Source: Oscillospiraceae bacterium (GTDB taxonomy: Bacteria; Bacillota; Clostridia; Oscillospirales; CAG-272). Taken from it: a DNA stretch of 64,000 bases. Made by a program: the position numbers and the translations under genes. Each line of letters begins with the position of its first letter. Position 1 is the stretch's first letter. Below are positions 53,142-61,860 of this stretch, piece by piece. The stretch spans positions 2,614-66,613 of the forward strand of contig SVRN01000009.1 in assembly GCA_015064805.1 (NCBI GenBank), in the 5' to 3' direction. The notes under the pieces are model-generated. The model was not told the DNA's origin and did not search any database. It worked only from the letters and a program-made list of their open reading frames with translations.

Positions 53142-54521
53142 ATGATGATGTTTACTCATTCCACCGGGCGGGGTATCCCCGCCCGCGCGGGAGTGAAGCT
53201 GATGGCTTTGCTCCTGGCGATGCTTATGACGCTGGCTTGCGTCGTATCCTGCGGCCCCGGTAGCGAGGATCCCGCGGATCAGCGCGAGCATATCGACTAC
53301 GTCGCTGACACCAAGCTGGATATGACCAGTGAAAGTCGCAAGATCGAGGCGACCGTCAAGTCGTACATCGACGGCGACACCACCCACTTTTACGTCAAGG
53401 AATCCGAAGAGTTCCCCGAGGGCGTCGTCAAGGCCAGATACCTTGCCATCGACACCCCCGAATCGACGGGTAAGCTTGAGGAGTGGGGAAAAACCGCAGC
53501 AGCGTTCACCAAAACGACGCTGAAAAATGCCGCTGCCATTATGCTGGAGTCGGATACCGACGTCTGGAATAAGGACAACAACGGCAGACACCTGCTCTGG
53601 ATCTGGTACAAGAGTACGGCAGACGCCGAGTGGCGTAACCTGAACATTGAAATTCTGCAGTCCGGCTACGCGATCGCGTCCAACTCGGGTCAGAACCGCT
53701 ACGGTAAGACCTGTCTTGCCGCGCTGGCGCAGGCAACGGCTGAAAAGCTGTACGTCCACTCGGGCGAAAAGGACCCCACCTTCCCCTACGGTGCCGCAAC
53801 CGAGATCACCATCAAGGAGCTGCGCACCAACCGCGAGGAGTACGAGGGTGTCAAGGTCGCCGTTGAGGGCATTATTTCGCAGGATACCAACGGCACGCTC
53901 TACGTCGAGCAATACGACGAAGAGGACGAGCGTTGGTACGGTATGCAGGTATTCTACGGCTACAATCTGGCAACCAGCGCCAAGAGATTCCTCAAGGCAG
54001 GCAACCGCGTTCGCATCGTCGGCACCTTCCAGTATGCCGAGGTCGTCAACGCTTACCAGATCGCAGGTCTGGAATACGACCAGATGAAGCCGGGCGATCC
54101 CGCCTATACCAGTCTGATCGAAAGCGAGCAGACCATCCCCTACACCGAGATCGTAAGTCTGTCCGACTTTATGACGGGCAAGACCGAGCTGACGGTGGGC
54201 GAAGAGAAGGTTTCCTTCGATAATAACGAGCTTGCACTTTATACCTCCGTTACCCTCAAGGGCCTGACCGTGGTTGATACCTGGACGACCCAGACGGGCG
54301 ACAACGCAGGCGCGATCTCGCTGACCTGCGAAAAGGACGGCGTGCGCATCACCATCCGCACCATCAAGCTGTACGAAAACGGTGAGCTGGTCAAGGCCGA
54401 ACGCTTTATGGGCAAGACGATCGACGTCGTTGGCGTCGTCGACTCCTTTACGCCCGAGGGCTCGACCGATGCGCAAAAGCAGATCAAGGTATTTACCCTG
54501 GCTGCCATTACGATTCACTGA
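53142..54521 (+). CDS. secreted/lipoprotein thermonuclease (SNase) fused to C-terminal OB-fold-like domains
   Basis: Lipobox CVVSCG. The SNase core is IDGDTTHFYV...KARYLAIDTPES...NGRHLLWIWY...EILQSGYA, with the R/D/T/E catalytic pattern retained. Confidence 0.88.
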   Translation: MMMFTHSTGRGIPARAGVKLMALLLAMLMTLACVVSCGPGSEDPADQREHIDYVADTKLDMTSESRKIEATVKSYIDGDTTHFYVKESEEFPEGVVKARYLAIDTPESTGKLEEWGKTAAAFTKTTLKNAAAIMLESDTDVWNKDNNGRHLLWIWYKSTADAEWRNLNIEILQSGYAIASNSGQNRYGKTCLAALAQATAEKLYVHSGEKDPTFPYGAATEITIKELRTNREEYEGVKVAVEGIISQDTNGTLYVEQYDEEDERWYGMQVFYGYNLATSAKRFLKAGNRVRIVGTFQYAEVVNAYQIAGLEYDQMKPGDPAYTSLIESEQTIPYTEIVSLSDFMTGKTELTVGEEKVSFDNNELALYTSVTLKGLTVVDTWTTQTGDNAGAISLTCEKDGVRITIRTIKLYENGELVKAERFMGKTIDVVGVVDSFTPEGSTDAQKQIKVFTLAAITIH

Positions 54522-54571
54522 TTTATTTTTTTAATTAATTAAATCAAAATCAACAAGGAGAAAGTAAAATC

Positions 54572-57500
54572 ATGAAAAAGTTTCTTGTAATCCTCATGGT
54601 TCTGGCGCTTTGCGTGCTGACTTTTGTCGCTTGCGAGCCCCAACAGCCTGTGGATCCTCAGCCTGAGGTTACGTATGACGCAAACGCTGCGGTAACGTAC
54701 GTTTTCAACCTCTACAAGGATAGCACCACCAAGCAGGAAGACTTCGAGGTGACTGCAACCGTTCAGGTCGGCGGCATTGCTTACGACATCGAATGGACCG
54801 CCAGCGAGGGCGCAACCGTCACCAAGAAGGACGATAAGACCTATACCGTTGACATTGACGAAAAGTCCGCTACGGGCTATGAGTTCACCCTGACGGCAAC
54901 CGCTAAGGCTGCTGACGGTACCACCGCCCAGAAGGCGATCAAGTTCAACGTTCCCAAGTACGAGGTTCTTTCCTTCGAGCAGTACATGGCTGCAAAGGAG
55001 GATGACACCGTTCTTATCGAAGGTATCGTCGTTGCCATCAACTCCAAGGCCGCAGGCAATACCAGAAACCATCTGTTCCTGGCAGACGCTAACGTCGTTG
55101 GCGGCTACTACTCCTACCAGATGGACGCTGACCCCGTTGCTGACCTTGGCATCGAGGTCGGTATGACCGTTTCCGTCTCCGGTCCCATTGCTCCTTACCA
55201 CGGCATGCAGGAGATCAAGGGCGGTACGGCTAAGATCGTTGACGCTACCAAGAAGGAGTACGCTCCCGTTGACATCACCGACAAGTTTGCTGCAGGCGAG
55301 TCCCTGAAGAACTACGTCGGTCTGCCCGTAACCATCAAGGGCGTTGAGATCGCCGGCCAGGAGCTGGGCGGCACCTCCGATTACCTTAAGTTCAAGCTGA
55401 ACGAGGAGATCTCTTACATCCGTACCTACGTTACCGACTTCCCCACCACGCTTAAGATCGTCGTGGGCGAGGACGGCACCACGAGCAGCCCCGATAAGAC
55501 CACCATCGACGAGGCTCACGCAGAAAAGTTCGGCTGGAAGGCTAACGTTACCGGTATTCTGGTTCTGTACAACAGCGCACCTTACCTCATTCCTATGGAC
55601 ACCGGCTGCTTCGAGTACCTGGAAAAGGTTGAGAAGACCCCCGAGCAGAAGATCGCTGACACCCTGGAGGGCCTGAAGCTCGACGCAAGCTTCACCTCCG
55701 ATGCAGTCGTTGAGCTGCTCGCAGCAGGCGCCGCTTATCCCGAGGTTACTCTGACCTGGACCTCCAACAGCGAGCACGCTGTCATCGCTGACGGCAAGCT
55801 GACCATCACCGTTCCCGATGCGGCTACCGAGGCTATCGTAACCGTTACCGCAACCTGCGACGGCAAGACCGCTACCAAGGAATTCAAGATCAAGCTCTCC
55901 AAGTCCGTAACTCCCGTTGCTGACATCATCGCTCTTGGCGCATCCAAGGAGCACAACACCTACACCGAGGAGAAGTACCTCGTTGCAGGTATCATTACCG
56001 AGGTTTACAACACCCAGTACGGTAACATGAAGATCACCGACGATCAGGGCAACGTCCTGACCATCTACGGTACCTACAGCGCAGACGGTGCAGACCGTTA
56101 CGACGCTATGGCAAACAAGCCCGTTGCTGGCGACTACGTCGTTATCTTCGGTATCGTTGGCCAGTACAACGGTACTCCTCAGGTGAAGAACGGTTGGATC
56201 ATGTCCTTCACCACTCCCACCTCCGTTAAGGATACCATCGATCTTGGCGCATCCAAGGAGCACAATACCTACACCGAGGAAAAGCACCTGGTAACCGGTG
56301 TCATCACCGAGGTTTACAACACCCAGTACGGTAACATGAAGATCACCGACGCTGAAGGCAACATCCTGACCATCTACGGTACCTACAGCGCAACCGGTGC
56401 TCTCAGATACGACGCTATGGAAAAGAAGCCCGTTGCAGGTGACACCGTTACCATCTACGGTATCGTTGGTCAGTACAACGGCACGCCTCAGATCAAGAAC
56501 GGTTGGATCGTTGCTAACGTTGCAGGCGCAGGCGAAACGCCCGATCCCGATCCCGAGCCCTCCGACGATCCCGCTCCCGATTCTACTCTGACCGTTGAGC
56601 AGGTCATCGCTCTTGGCGCATCCAAGGAGCACAACACCTACACCGAGGGCAAGTACTACGTCACCGGTGTGATCACCGAGATCTACAACACCCAGTACGG
56701 TAACATGAAGATTACCGACGATAAGGGCAACATCCTGACCATCTACGGCACCTTCGACGCAACCGGTGCAAACCGCTTCGACGCTATGGCTAACCAGCCT
56801 GCTGTTGGCGACACCGTTACCATCTACGGTATCGTTGGTCAGTACAACAATACCCCCCAGATCAAGAACGGTTGGATCACCGAACAGAAGCCTGCCGCTC
56901 CTGAGGCGCCCTCCTTCATCGAGGTTCCGATCGACAGCGATAAGTGGGATCAGTGCAAGCTGAAGCTGGACTTCCAGGGAATGCCCATGTCCCAGCACAG
57001 AAACTGGGCTGCAGGCAGCTCCCTCCATGTAGGCGCCTTCATGTATCGCTACGGTGAGATCACTGCCGTCGGCGAAGCGCCTGTCATTGATATTTCCGGT
57101 ATGAAGTATATCGAATTCGACGTTTACGTTTCCCATATCGACGTGATTGCTGAGGCTCTGTTCAGCTTTGAGCTGACCTCCAGTGGAGCCTCCGATAAGG
57201 AGGAGAACTGCAAGAAGTTCTATGGTAAGGACACCGGTTGGGTTGTTGGTTGGAACCACGTGAAGTGGAATCTGAGCGATTTCACCGAGCACGGTCCCGA
57301 CGGCAAGCCTATGGACGCTACCAAGTGGAACTTCATCCGTTGGTACAGCGATTCCACCATCACCGTTGGTGAAGAAAAGCTGAAGGTTGCGATTGCTAAC
57401 ATCAAGTTCACCAACGACGATTACGTTGAAGAGGAAAAGCCTGAGGAGCCCGAGACTCCCGAGACTCCCGAGACTCCCGCAACCGGCAACAAGGCTGACT

Positions 57501-58006
57501 TCAACACCTTCTACGACGGTGCGGCAAAGACCCAGTACGCAACCCATACGACGGCAGGCGGCTGGACGGTCAACAATGCGCAGGTCATCATTGGTACCAA
57601 CGACGCTGACGTAGCAAACACCCAGACCGGTGTGTTCTCCTTCATCGGCGGCGCAGGCACCTCTGCTGCCGTTATTAACGGTAAGACCAGTGCAGTCGGC
57701 AGCATCGTTTCCCCCACGCTGGCAAACGGTATTGCTTCTCTGAGCTTCCAGTACGGTCATCCTTACTCCGAGGCCAATGGTGTTAACATCACCATTACCA
57801 TCAAGAAGGGTGGCGAGGTTGTGGCAACCAAGGACCTTGTAATTGCAGCCGCTGAGGTTGCACAGAATACGGCATACAGCTACACCTGGACGCTGGATAC
57901 GGCTGTTGATGGCGAGTTCACCATTGAGATCGTTAACAACTGCCCTACTGCTTCTTCCAAGAACAAGGACAGACTTGCTATTTGGGATATCACCTGGAGC
58001 AAGTGA
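54572..58006 (+). CDS. 1144-aa surface lipoprotein with OB-fold-like domains, including three tandem repeats of about 100 aa
   Basis: Lipobox LTFVAC. Carries three copies of ALGASKEHNTYTEEKY.V.G.ITE.YNTQYGNMKITD..GN.LTIYGT.....RYDAM...P..GD.V.I.GIVGQYNGTPQ.KNGWI. Confidence 0.88.
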   Translation: MKKFLVILMVLALCVLTFVACEPQQPVDPQPEVTYDANAAVTYVFNLYKDSTTKQEDFEVTATVQVGGIAYDIEWTASEGATVTKKDDKTYTVDIDEKSATGYEFTLTATAKAADGTTAQKAIKFNVPKYEVLSFEQYMAAKEDDTVLIEGIVVAINSKAAGNTRNHLFLADANVVGGYYSYQMDADPVADLGIEVGMTVSVSGPIAPYHGMQEIKGGTAKIVDATKKEYAPVDITDKFAAGESLKNYVGLPVTIKGVEIAGQELGGTSDYLKFKLNEEISYIRTYVTDFPTTLKIVVGEDGTTSSPDKTTIDEAHAEKFGWKANVTGILVLYNSAPYLIPMDTGCFEYLEKVEKTPEQKIADTLEGLKLDASFTSDAVVELLAAGAAYPEVTLTWTSNSEHAVIADGKLTITVPDAATEAIVTVTATCDGKTATKEFKIKLSKSVTPVADIIALGASKEHNTYTEEKYLVAGIITEVYNTQYGNMKITDDQGNVLTIYGTYSADGADRYDAMANKPVAGDYVVIFGIVGQYNGTPQVKNGWIMSFTTPTSVKDTIDLGASKEHNTYTEEKHLVTGVITEVYNTQYGNMKITDAEGNILTIYGTYSATGALRYDAMEKKPVAGDTVTIYGIVGQYNGTPQIKNGWIVANVAGAGETPDPDPEPSDDPAPDSTLTVEQVIALGASKEHNTYTEGKYYVTGVITEIYNTQYGNMKITDDKGNILTIYGTFDATGANRFDAMANQPAVGDTVTIYGIVGQYNNTPQIKNGWITEQKPAAPEAPSFIEVPIDSDKWDQCKLKLDFQGMPMSQHRNWAAGSSLHVGAFMYRYGEITAVGEAPVIDISGMKYIEFDVYVSHIDVIAEALFSFELTSSGASDKEENCKKFYGKDTGWVVGWNHVKWNLSDFTEHGPDGKPMDATKWNFIRWYSDSTITVGEEKLKVAIANIKFTNDDYVEEEKPEEPETPETPETPATGNKADFNTFYDGAAKTQYATHTTAGGWTVNNAQVIIGTNDADVANTQTGVFSFIGGAGTSAAVINGKTSAVGSIVSPTLANGIASLSFQYGHPYSEANGVNITITIKKGGEVVATKDLVIAAAEVAQNTAYSYTWTLDTAVDGEFTIEIVNNCPTASSKNKDRLAIWDITWSK
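55905..56885 (+). repeat. three in-frame tandem coding repeats (about 309 and 369 nt apart) within the 1144-aa lipoprotein
   Basis: CTTGGCGCATCCAAGGAGCACAA recurs at 55934, 56243 and 56612. Confidence 0.9.
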
Positions 58007-58030
58007 GTAAAGACTTAGGTCAATAAAGAA

Positions 58031-58067
58031 AGGAACCGCATCTTCGGATGCGGTTCTCTTTTTTTGT
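58031..58067 (+). terminator. intrinsic terminator after the 1144-aa lipoprotein gene
   Basis: GAACCGCATC, loop TTCG, GATGCGGTTC, then TCTTTTTTT. Confidence 0.8.
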
Positions 58068-58076
58068 TTGGCGGGA

Positions 58077-58857
58077 GTTTTATCGACTTCTCCTCGGGAC
58101 GCGCGTACAGCTGACGCGCCGCGCTGTGCCAACTTGGATGCCACTTCTTGGTGCGCCCCAAGAAGTGGCGGAAGAAACCAGATTTCGGCAAGCCGAAATC
58201 GCAAGTTTGCTTGTTCGCGGTCGCGAACATCGCGCAAGCGCGGGCGCAAACATTGCGCGCCAAAGGGCCTAATGCCCTTTGGATTCCCGCAACGCGAAAA
58301 GTCGCGGCGCTTCGCTCTGCTCATTTTTTCGCGAAGGGTTGCATCTTCAGCTTTTGCGTTGGCGTTTTAAATAAAAACGCCGACACGGAAGGCGCACGCA
58401 AGCGAAACTGCAAAAGTTTTTGCCATCTGCGACGCACCCGAGTCAAACAAAATTTCAAGCAAAACGATTTTGTTTTCTGCGCCTGCCGCCAAAACGGGCT
58501 GTCGAGGCGCCAGCCCCTACCGAGAAAGAAAAAGCTTTTTCTTCCTCCGACTGCCGCGCGTGGTGGCAAGGCGGCGGGAGATGCAGCAGGGTAAAGATGT
58601 CTTTCTCCCCAGTCTACCTTGTAGCGCGGCACGGAAAGGGGGTGCCCAGGGGGGAACGCCTGGGCGCGTTTCTTGGTTACTTCTTGCCGCGTGGCAAGAA
58701 GTGACACGAAAAGCTGGCACACCGAGCGCGCGAAGCCATATTTCGCAAGCGAAATAGCAAGTTTTGTTCGCCCGCTAAACACGGGCGTCATGCAAGCATG
58801 AACACAAAACTAGCAGGGCGAGGCCGTAGAAGAAGTTGCTGAAAATTCAGCTAAACT
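58077..58857 (-). repeat. HME copy 12 (reverse orientation, with X, REP-2 and Y modules)
   Basis: X lies at about 58170-58262, REP-2 at 58496-58520 and Y at 58733-58813. Confidence 0.85.
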
Positions 58858-58879
58858 CCCCCCTCCCCGTCGCCCTCTA

Positions 58880-58908
58880 TTGACTTTTCCCCCGCCATGC
58901 TCTATAAT
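58880..58908 (+). promoter_or_regulatory. sigma-A-type promoter for the barnase-like RNase gene
   Basis: TTGACT, 17-nt spacer, TATAAT. Confidence 0.6.
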
Positions 58909-58947
58909 ATAAATAATGTAGAAAATCCCCGAAAAAGGAAGTTACCC

Positions 58948-60447
58948 ATGAACGCTCTGAAAAAACTCACCCTGCTGCTCCTGGTCCTCGCCACGCTGAC
59001 AAGCGCCCTGCTTGGCTGCCAGCGCCCCGACCAGCCCCAGCCCCCCGAAATCGATCTGCCCACCGCCATCGACATCATCGGCGCGGATCGCGTTTCGCTG
59101 ACCCTCGGAGACGAGCTTCAATTGAGAATCGACCAAAGCGAAGAGATATTGTCCATGATCAAGTGGACAGCCACGAGCGACTGCGTCAGCGTCAGCGACA
59201 GCGGCCTCGTCACCACCAACCGCGTCGGCACCGTGCTCGTCACCGCCACACTGGGCGAGCTGAGCGACAAGGTGCTCATCACCGTCGTTGACACCACCAA
59301 CCGCCCCGAGTCCGTCACCCTTACCGCAGAAAAAACCACGCTGATGATCGGCGAGTCGACCGACCTGATCGTGTCCGTCGCCCCTGCAGGCGCGGCATCG
59401 GGCGCCATTTTCAGCGTCACGAGCGGCTCTGATGTGATCACGGTTCAGGACGGCAGAGTCGTCGCCCAAAAGGAGGGCACTGCCACCGTCGTTGCGACCG
59501 TCGCAGGTGTTGCGAGCGAGGAGCTGACCATCACCGTCGCTCCTGCCGTCGACCCCTACGAGGGCATGAGCGCGGACGAGTTTTACGCCAATTACACCGT
59601 CGCGGACAGCTATCTGGACGCCTACTACCGCACCCAGCACGGCTTTATGTCGGGATCGCTGACCGTTCCCGATCAAGCACCCGTGCTCTCCGAGTATCAG
59701 CCCATGCGCGACGGTATGCTCATCCGCAACCGCGCGACGCGCTACGAGGACGACGGCAACACCTACGTCGTGGTGAATGCTTATGGGCAGGAGGTCATGG
59801 AGATCTACCGCGGTGCGGCCTACATCACGCTGGAGGAGGTTGCCGCTTACGTCTTCGCCTTCGGCGACGTGCCCGCCAACTATTCCGCTACCAAAAAGAC
59901 CAAACCGACCCAGAGCGTCTGGGGCATTTACCTGCGCGTCAATCACACCCAGTTCACGGGTGATACCTCGCGCTACCCCTACGAGCCCGAGCTGCCCAAC
60001 ATCAGCGGCTGTGGCGGAGATTTCGTTTATTACGAGATCGACATCGGTACGACGGGCAACGACTGCGATCCCGCCTATCGCCCTGCCCTTTACAACAACG
60101 GCGTGTCCATCATCCGCGGCGCCTCCCGCATCGTCTACGCCCGCTTTGATAAGAACAACAACCACATCACCGAGCCCGACGAAAAGTTCGTCTTCTACAC
60201 CTACAACCACTACAACGATTTTCAGGAATATCTGAACTATTTTGGCGGCTGGGGCGAGATGTTCGGTAATATCACGGGCGGCGGTGTGATCTCGGATAAG
60301 CAAAACTGCAATCCCACGCCCTACGTGCCCGTCTGGCGGGGAGATCTGTCCGAGGCTACGCTTCAATCTCCCACGCGCGAGCAAAACGACTACGTCGAGA
60401 TCGTCTGGTGCCTGCCCGTCGAATGGACGGAGCGCAAGCACGCGTAA
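58948..60447 (+). CDS. lipoprotein with Ig-like (Big_2-like) domains and a C-terminal barnase/RNase Sa-family ribonuclease domain
   Basis: Lipobox ALLGCQ. The C-terminus aligns by eye with barnase: VAAYVFAFGDVPANY / VADYLQTYHKLPDNY, FVYYEIDI / TWREADI (catalytic Glu), RGASRIVYA / RNSDRILYS (Arg), YTYNHYNDF / KTTDHYQTF (catalytic His). Confidence 0.85.
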   Translation: MNALKKLTLLLLVLATLTSALLGCQRPDQPQPPEIDLPTAIDIIGADRVSLTLGDELQLRIDQSEEILSMIKWTATSDCVSVSDSGLVTTNRVGTVLVTATLGELSDKVLITVVDTTNRPESVTLTAEKTTLMIGESTDLIVSVAPAGAASGAIFSVTSGSDVITVQDGRVVAQKEGTATVVATVAGVASEELTITVAPAVDPYEGMSADEFYANYTVADSYLDAYYRTQHGFMSGSLTVPDQAPVLSEYQPMRDGMLIRNRATRYEDDGNTYVVVNAYGQEVMEIYRGAAYITLEEVAAYVFAFGDVPANYSATKKTKPTQSVWGIYLRVNHTQFTGDTSRYPYEPELPNISGCGGDFVYYEIDIGTTGNDCDPAYRPALYNNGVSIIRGASRIVYARFDKNNNHITEPDEKFVFYTYNHYNDFQEYLNYFGGWGEMFGNITGGGVISDKQNCNPTPYVPVWRGDLSEATLQSPTREQNDYVEIVWCLPVEWTERKHA

Positions 60448-60506
60448 CAGAATAGAAAAAACGCCAAGACAAGGGCTCCTTCTCATAAGGAAGTTTGATT
60501 TCTCCT

Positions 60507-60533
60507 TGTAGGGACCGGCGTCCTCGACGGTCC
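60507..60533 (+). repeat. REP-1 hairpin, left boundary of the cargo cassette
   Basis: TGTAGGGACCGGCGTCCTCGACGGTCC. Confidence 0.9.
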
Positions 60534-60605
60534 ATCACAATAATTGTATTGCAGAAAACAAAGATTAACCCCGACAGATTTTTTAATCTGTCGGGGTCAA
60601 ATTTA

Positions 60606-60944
60606 TTAGCCAATATCAAAAAAGCAAGGAACTAAATGATGCGGCTTATACTTATCAATAGTTTCTACAATATGGGCTCGGATTTCTTCTAAAGAACAAT
60701 GTTTCATATTTCTGTCATATATCATTGTTTCAGCCCACATATATTCGGGATTTTCTTTATCACCGTATCCTCCACCACCTAATGAATCCTTTTGCTTGTC
60801 TATCAAGACGTATTCAAACCAGAGGATCTCGTTTACAAAACCTCCACACTCAAAAAGCAATTCTACAAACTCGCTCCAGTTTCTAAATATCAAATCCGAA
60901 CAAACTTTATTTTCTTCTATGTATTTTTTTATTTTGCCGTCCAT
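60606..60944 (-). CDS. hypothetical 112-aa cytoplasmic protein (cargo of a REP-bounded cassette; candidate RNase inhibitor)
   Basis: ATG 60944 sits 7 nt behind GAGGTG. The ORF is visibly AT-rich in a GC-rich window. No family was recognised with confidence. Confidence 0.6.
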   Translation of the reverse strand: MDGKIKKYIEENKVCSDLIFRNWSEFVELLFECGGFVNEILWFEYVLIDKQKDSLGGGGYGDKENPEYMWAETMIYDRNMKHCSLEEIRAHIVETIDKYKPHHLVPCFFDIG

Positions 60945-61257
60945 AATAACACCTCGTTTATTATCGTTAATCGCCAGTTTCGCATCTGTATTACAAATAC
61001 TTCGGGCAAAGCCCATGCCGCTACGGTTGCGCGTCCTAAGGCTCCCTCCGGGAGGGAGCTGGCGCCGCAGGCGACTGAGGGAGAATGCGTTACACGAAGG
61101 TTTTCACAAATCGAAAGTCACGCAGGTTCCTTCCGTCACGCTACGCGTGCCACCGCATCCGCTTGCGGATGGCATCTCGGAGGGAGGCTTTTCGTTAGTC
61201 TCATTATAACACAGATCGGCAGAGAAAACAAGTTCTCTGCCGAAAATTATGTGTCGC

Positions 61258-61284
61258 GGACCGTCGAGGACGCCGGTCCCTACA
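61258..61284 (-). repeat. REP-1 hairpin, right boundary of the cargo cassette (inverted)
   Basis: GGACCGTCGAGGACGCCGGTCCCTACA, the exact reverse complement of 60507-60533. Confidence 0.9.
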
Positions 61285-61332
61285 ATTTGTAAACATCCTT
61301 ATGAGAACGAGCCTAACCGTCCCGCGTTTTCT

Positions 61333-61836
61333 TCATTTTCCCGTCATTCTTTTGAGCACGTCCATAAACTGCTCGCTCGCTTGCAGGCGAAGGACGATCC
61401 TCTCGCCGTTTTCTTCAAACAGAAGATAGACCACGCGCGAGGCGAAAATGTCGGGGCAATAGGAATGGATGCGGTCGGCGTGATAGGCGCGGCGAACGGC
61501 CTTTTCCTCTTTGGCGGCGCACACGTCGTACTTGCAAAGGTCGCTGAGCAAAAGTCGGCAGATGGTCGTTTGCTTCTGGCCGCGTTGCTCGATTACGGCC
61601 AGCTCGTCACGCTCGTCCTTGTCCGATTTTTGGATCGTGTAGGTGTATTTGACCAGCGTGCTGCCAAGCAGCACGACGGTGACCATCATCAGCACGATGC
61701 CGATCGTCTGGAGCACCGCGCTAAAGTCGAAAAAGCGCGCGCAGGTAAAGACGGCAATGCCGCATAGACCAAATAACAGCGCCAGAATTGCGGCGGCGTG
61801 ATTTTTTCTCGTGGGCGTTTCGGAAAAATAGATCAT
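61333..61836 (-). CDS. hypothetical two-TM membrane protein
   Basis: 167 aa, two N-terminal TM helices and a soluble C-domain. Lies downstream of rarA. Confidence 0.6.
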   Translation of the reverse strand: MIYFSETPTRKNHAAAILALLFGLCGIAVFTCARFFDFSAVLQTIGIVLMMVTVVLLGSTLVKYTYTIQKSDKDERDELAVIEQRGQKQTTICRLLLSDLCKYDVCAAKEEKAVRRAYHADRIHSYCPDIFASRVVYLLFEENGERIVLRLQASEQFMDVLKRMTGK

Positions 61837-61860
61837 GATACTTCCTTTCGATGATCGGAA

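Larger units (their letters stand above)
60507..61284 (-). mobile_element. REP-bounded non-autonomous cassette with IS200-unit-like 5' and 3' hairpins and a non-transposase cargo ORF
   Basis: Inverted REP-1 pair. The 5' hairpin at 61217-61242 and the 3' hairpin at 60569-60596 are homologous to those flanking the transposase gene. Confidence 0.65.

Noticed and set aside
60448-60619. The minus-strand ORF 60356-60619 (87 aa), which overlaps the RNase gene's 3' end and the cassette edge.
   Set aside because: It spans the REP-1 hairpin and the 3' hairpin, overlaps the end of a well-supported gene, has no ribosome-binding site and has an Arg-rich junk composition.
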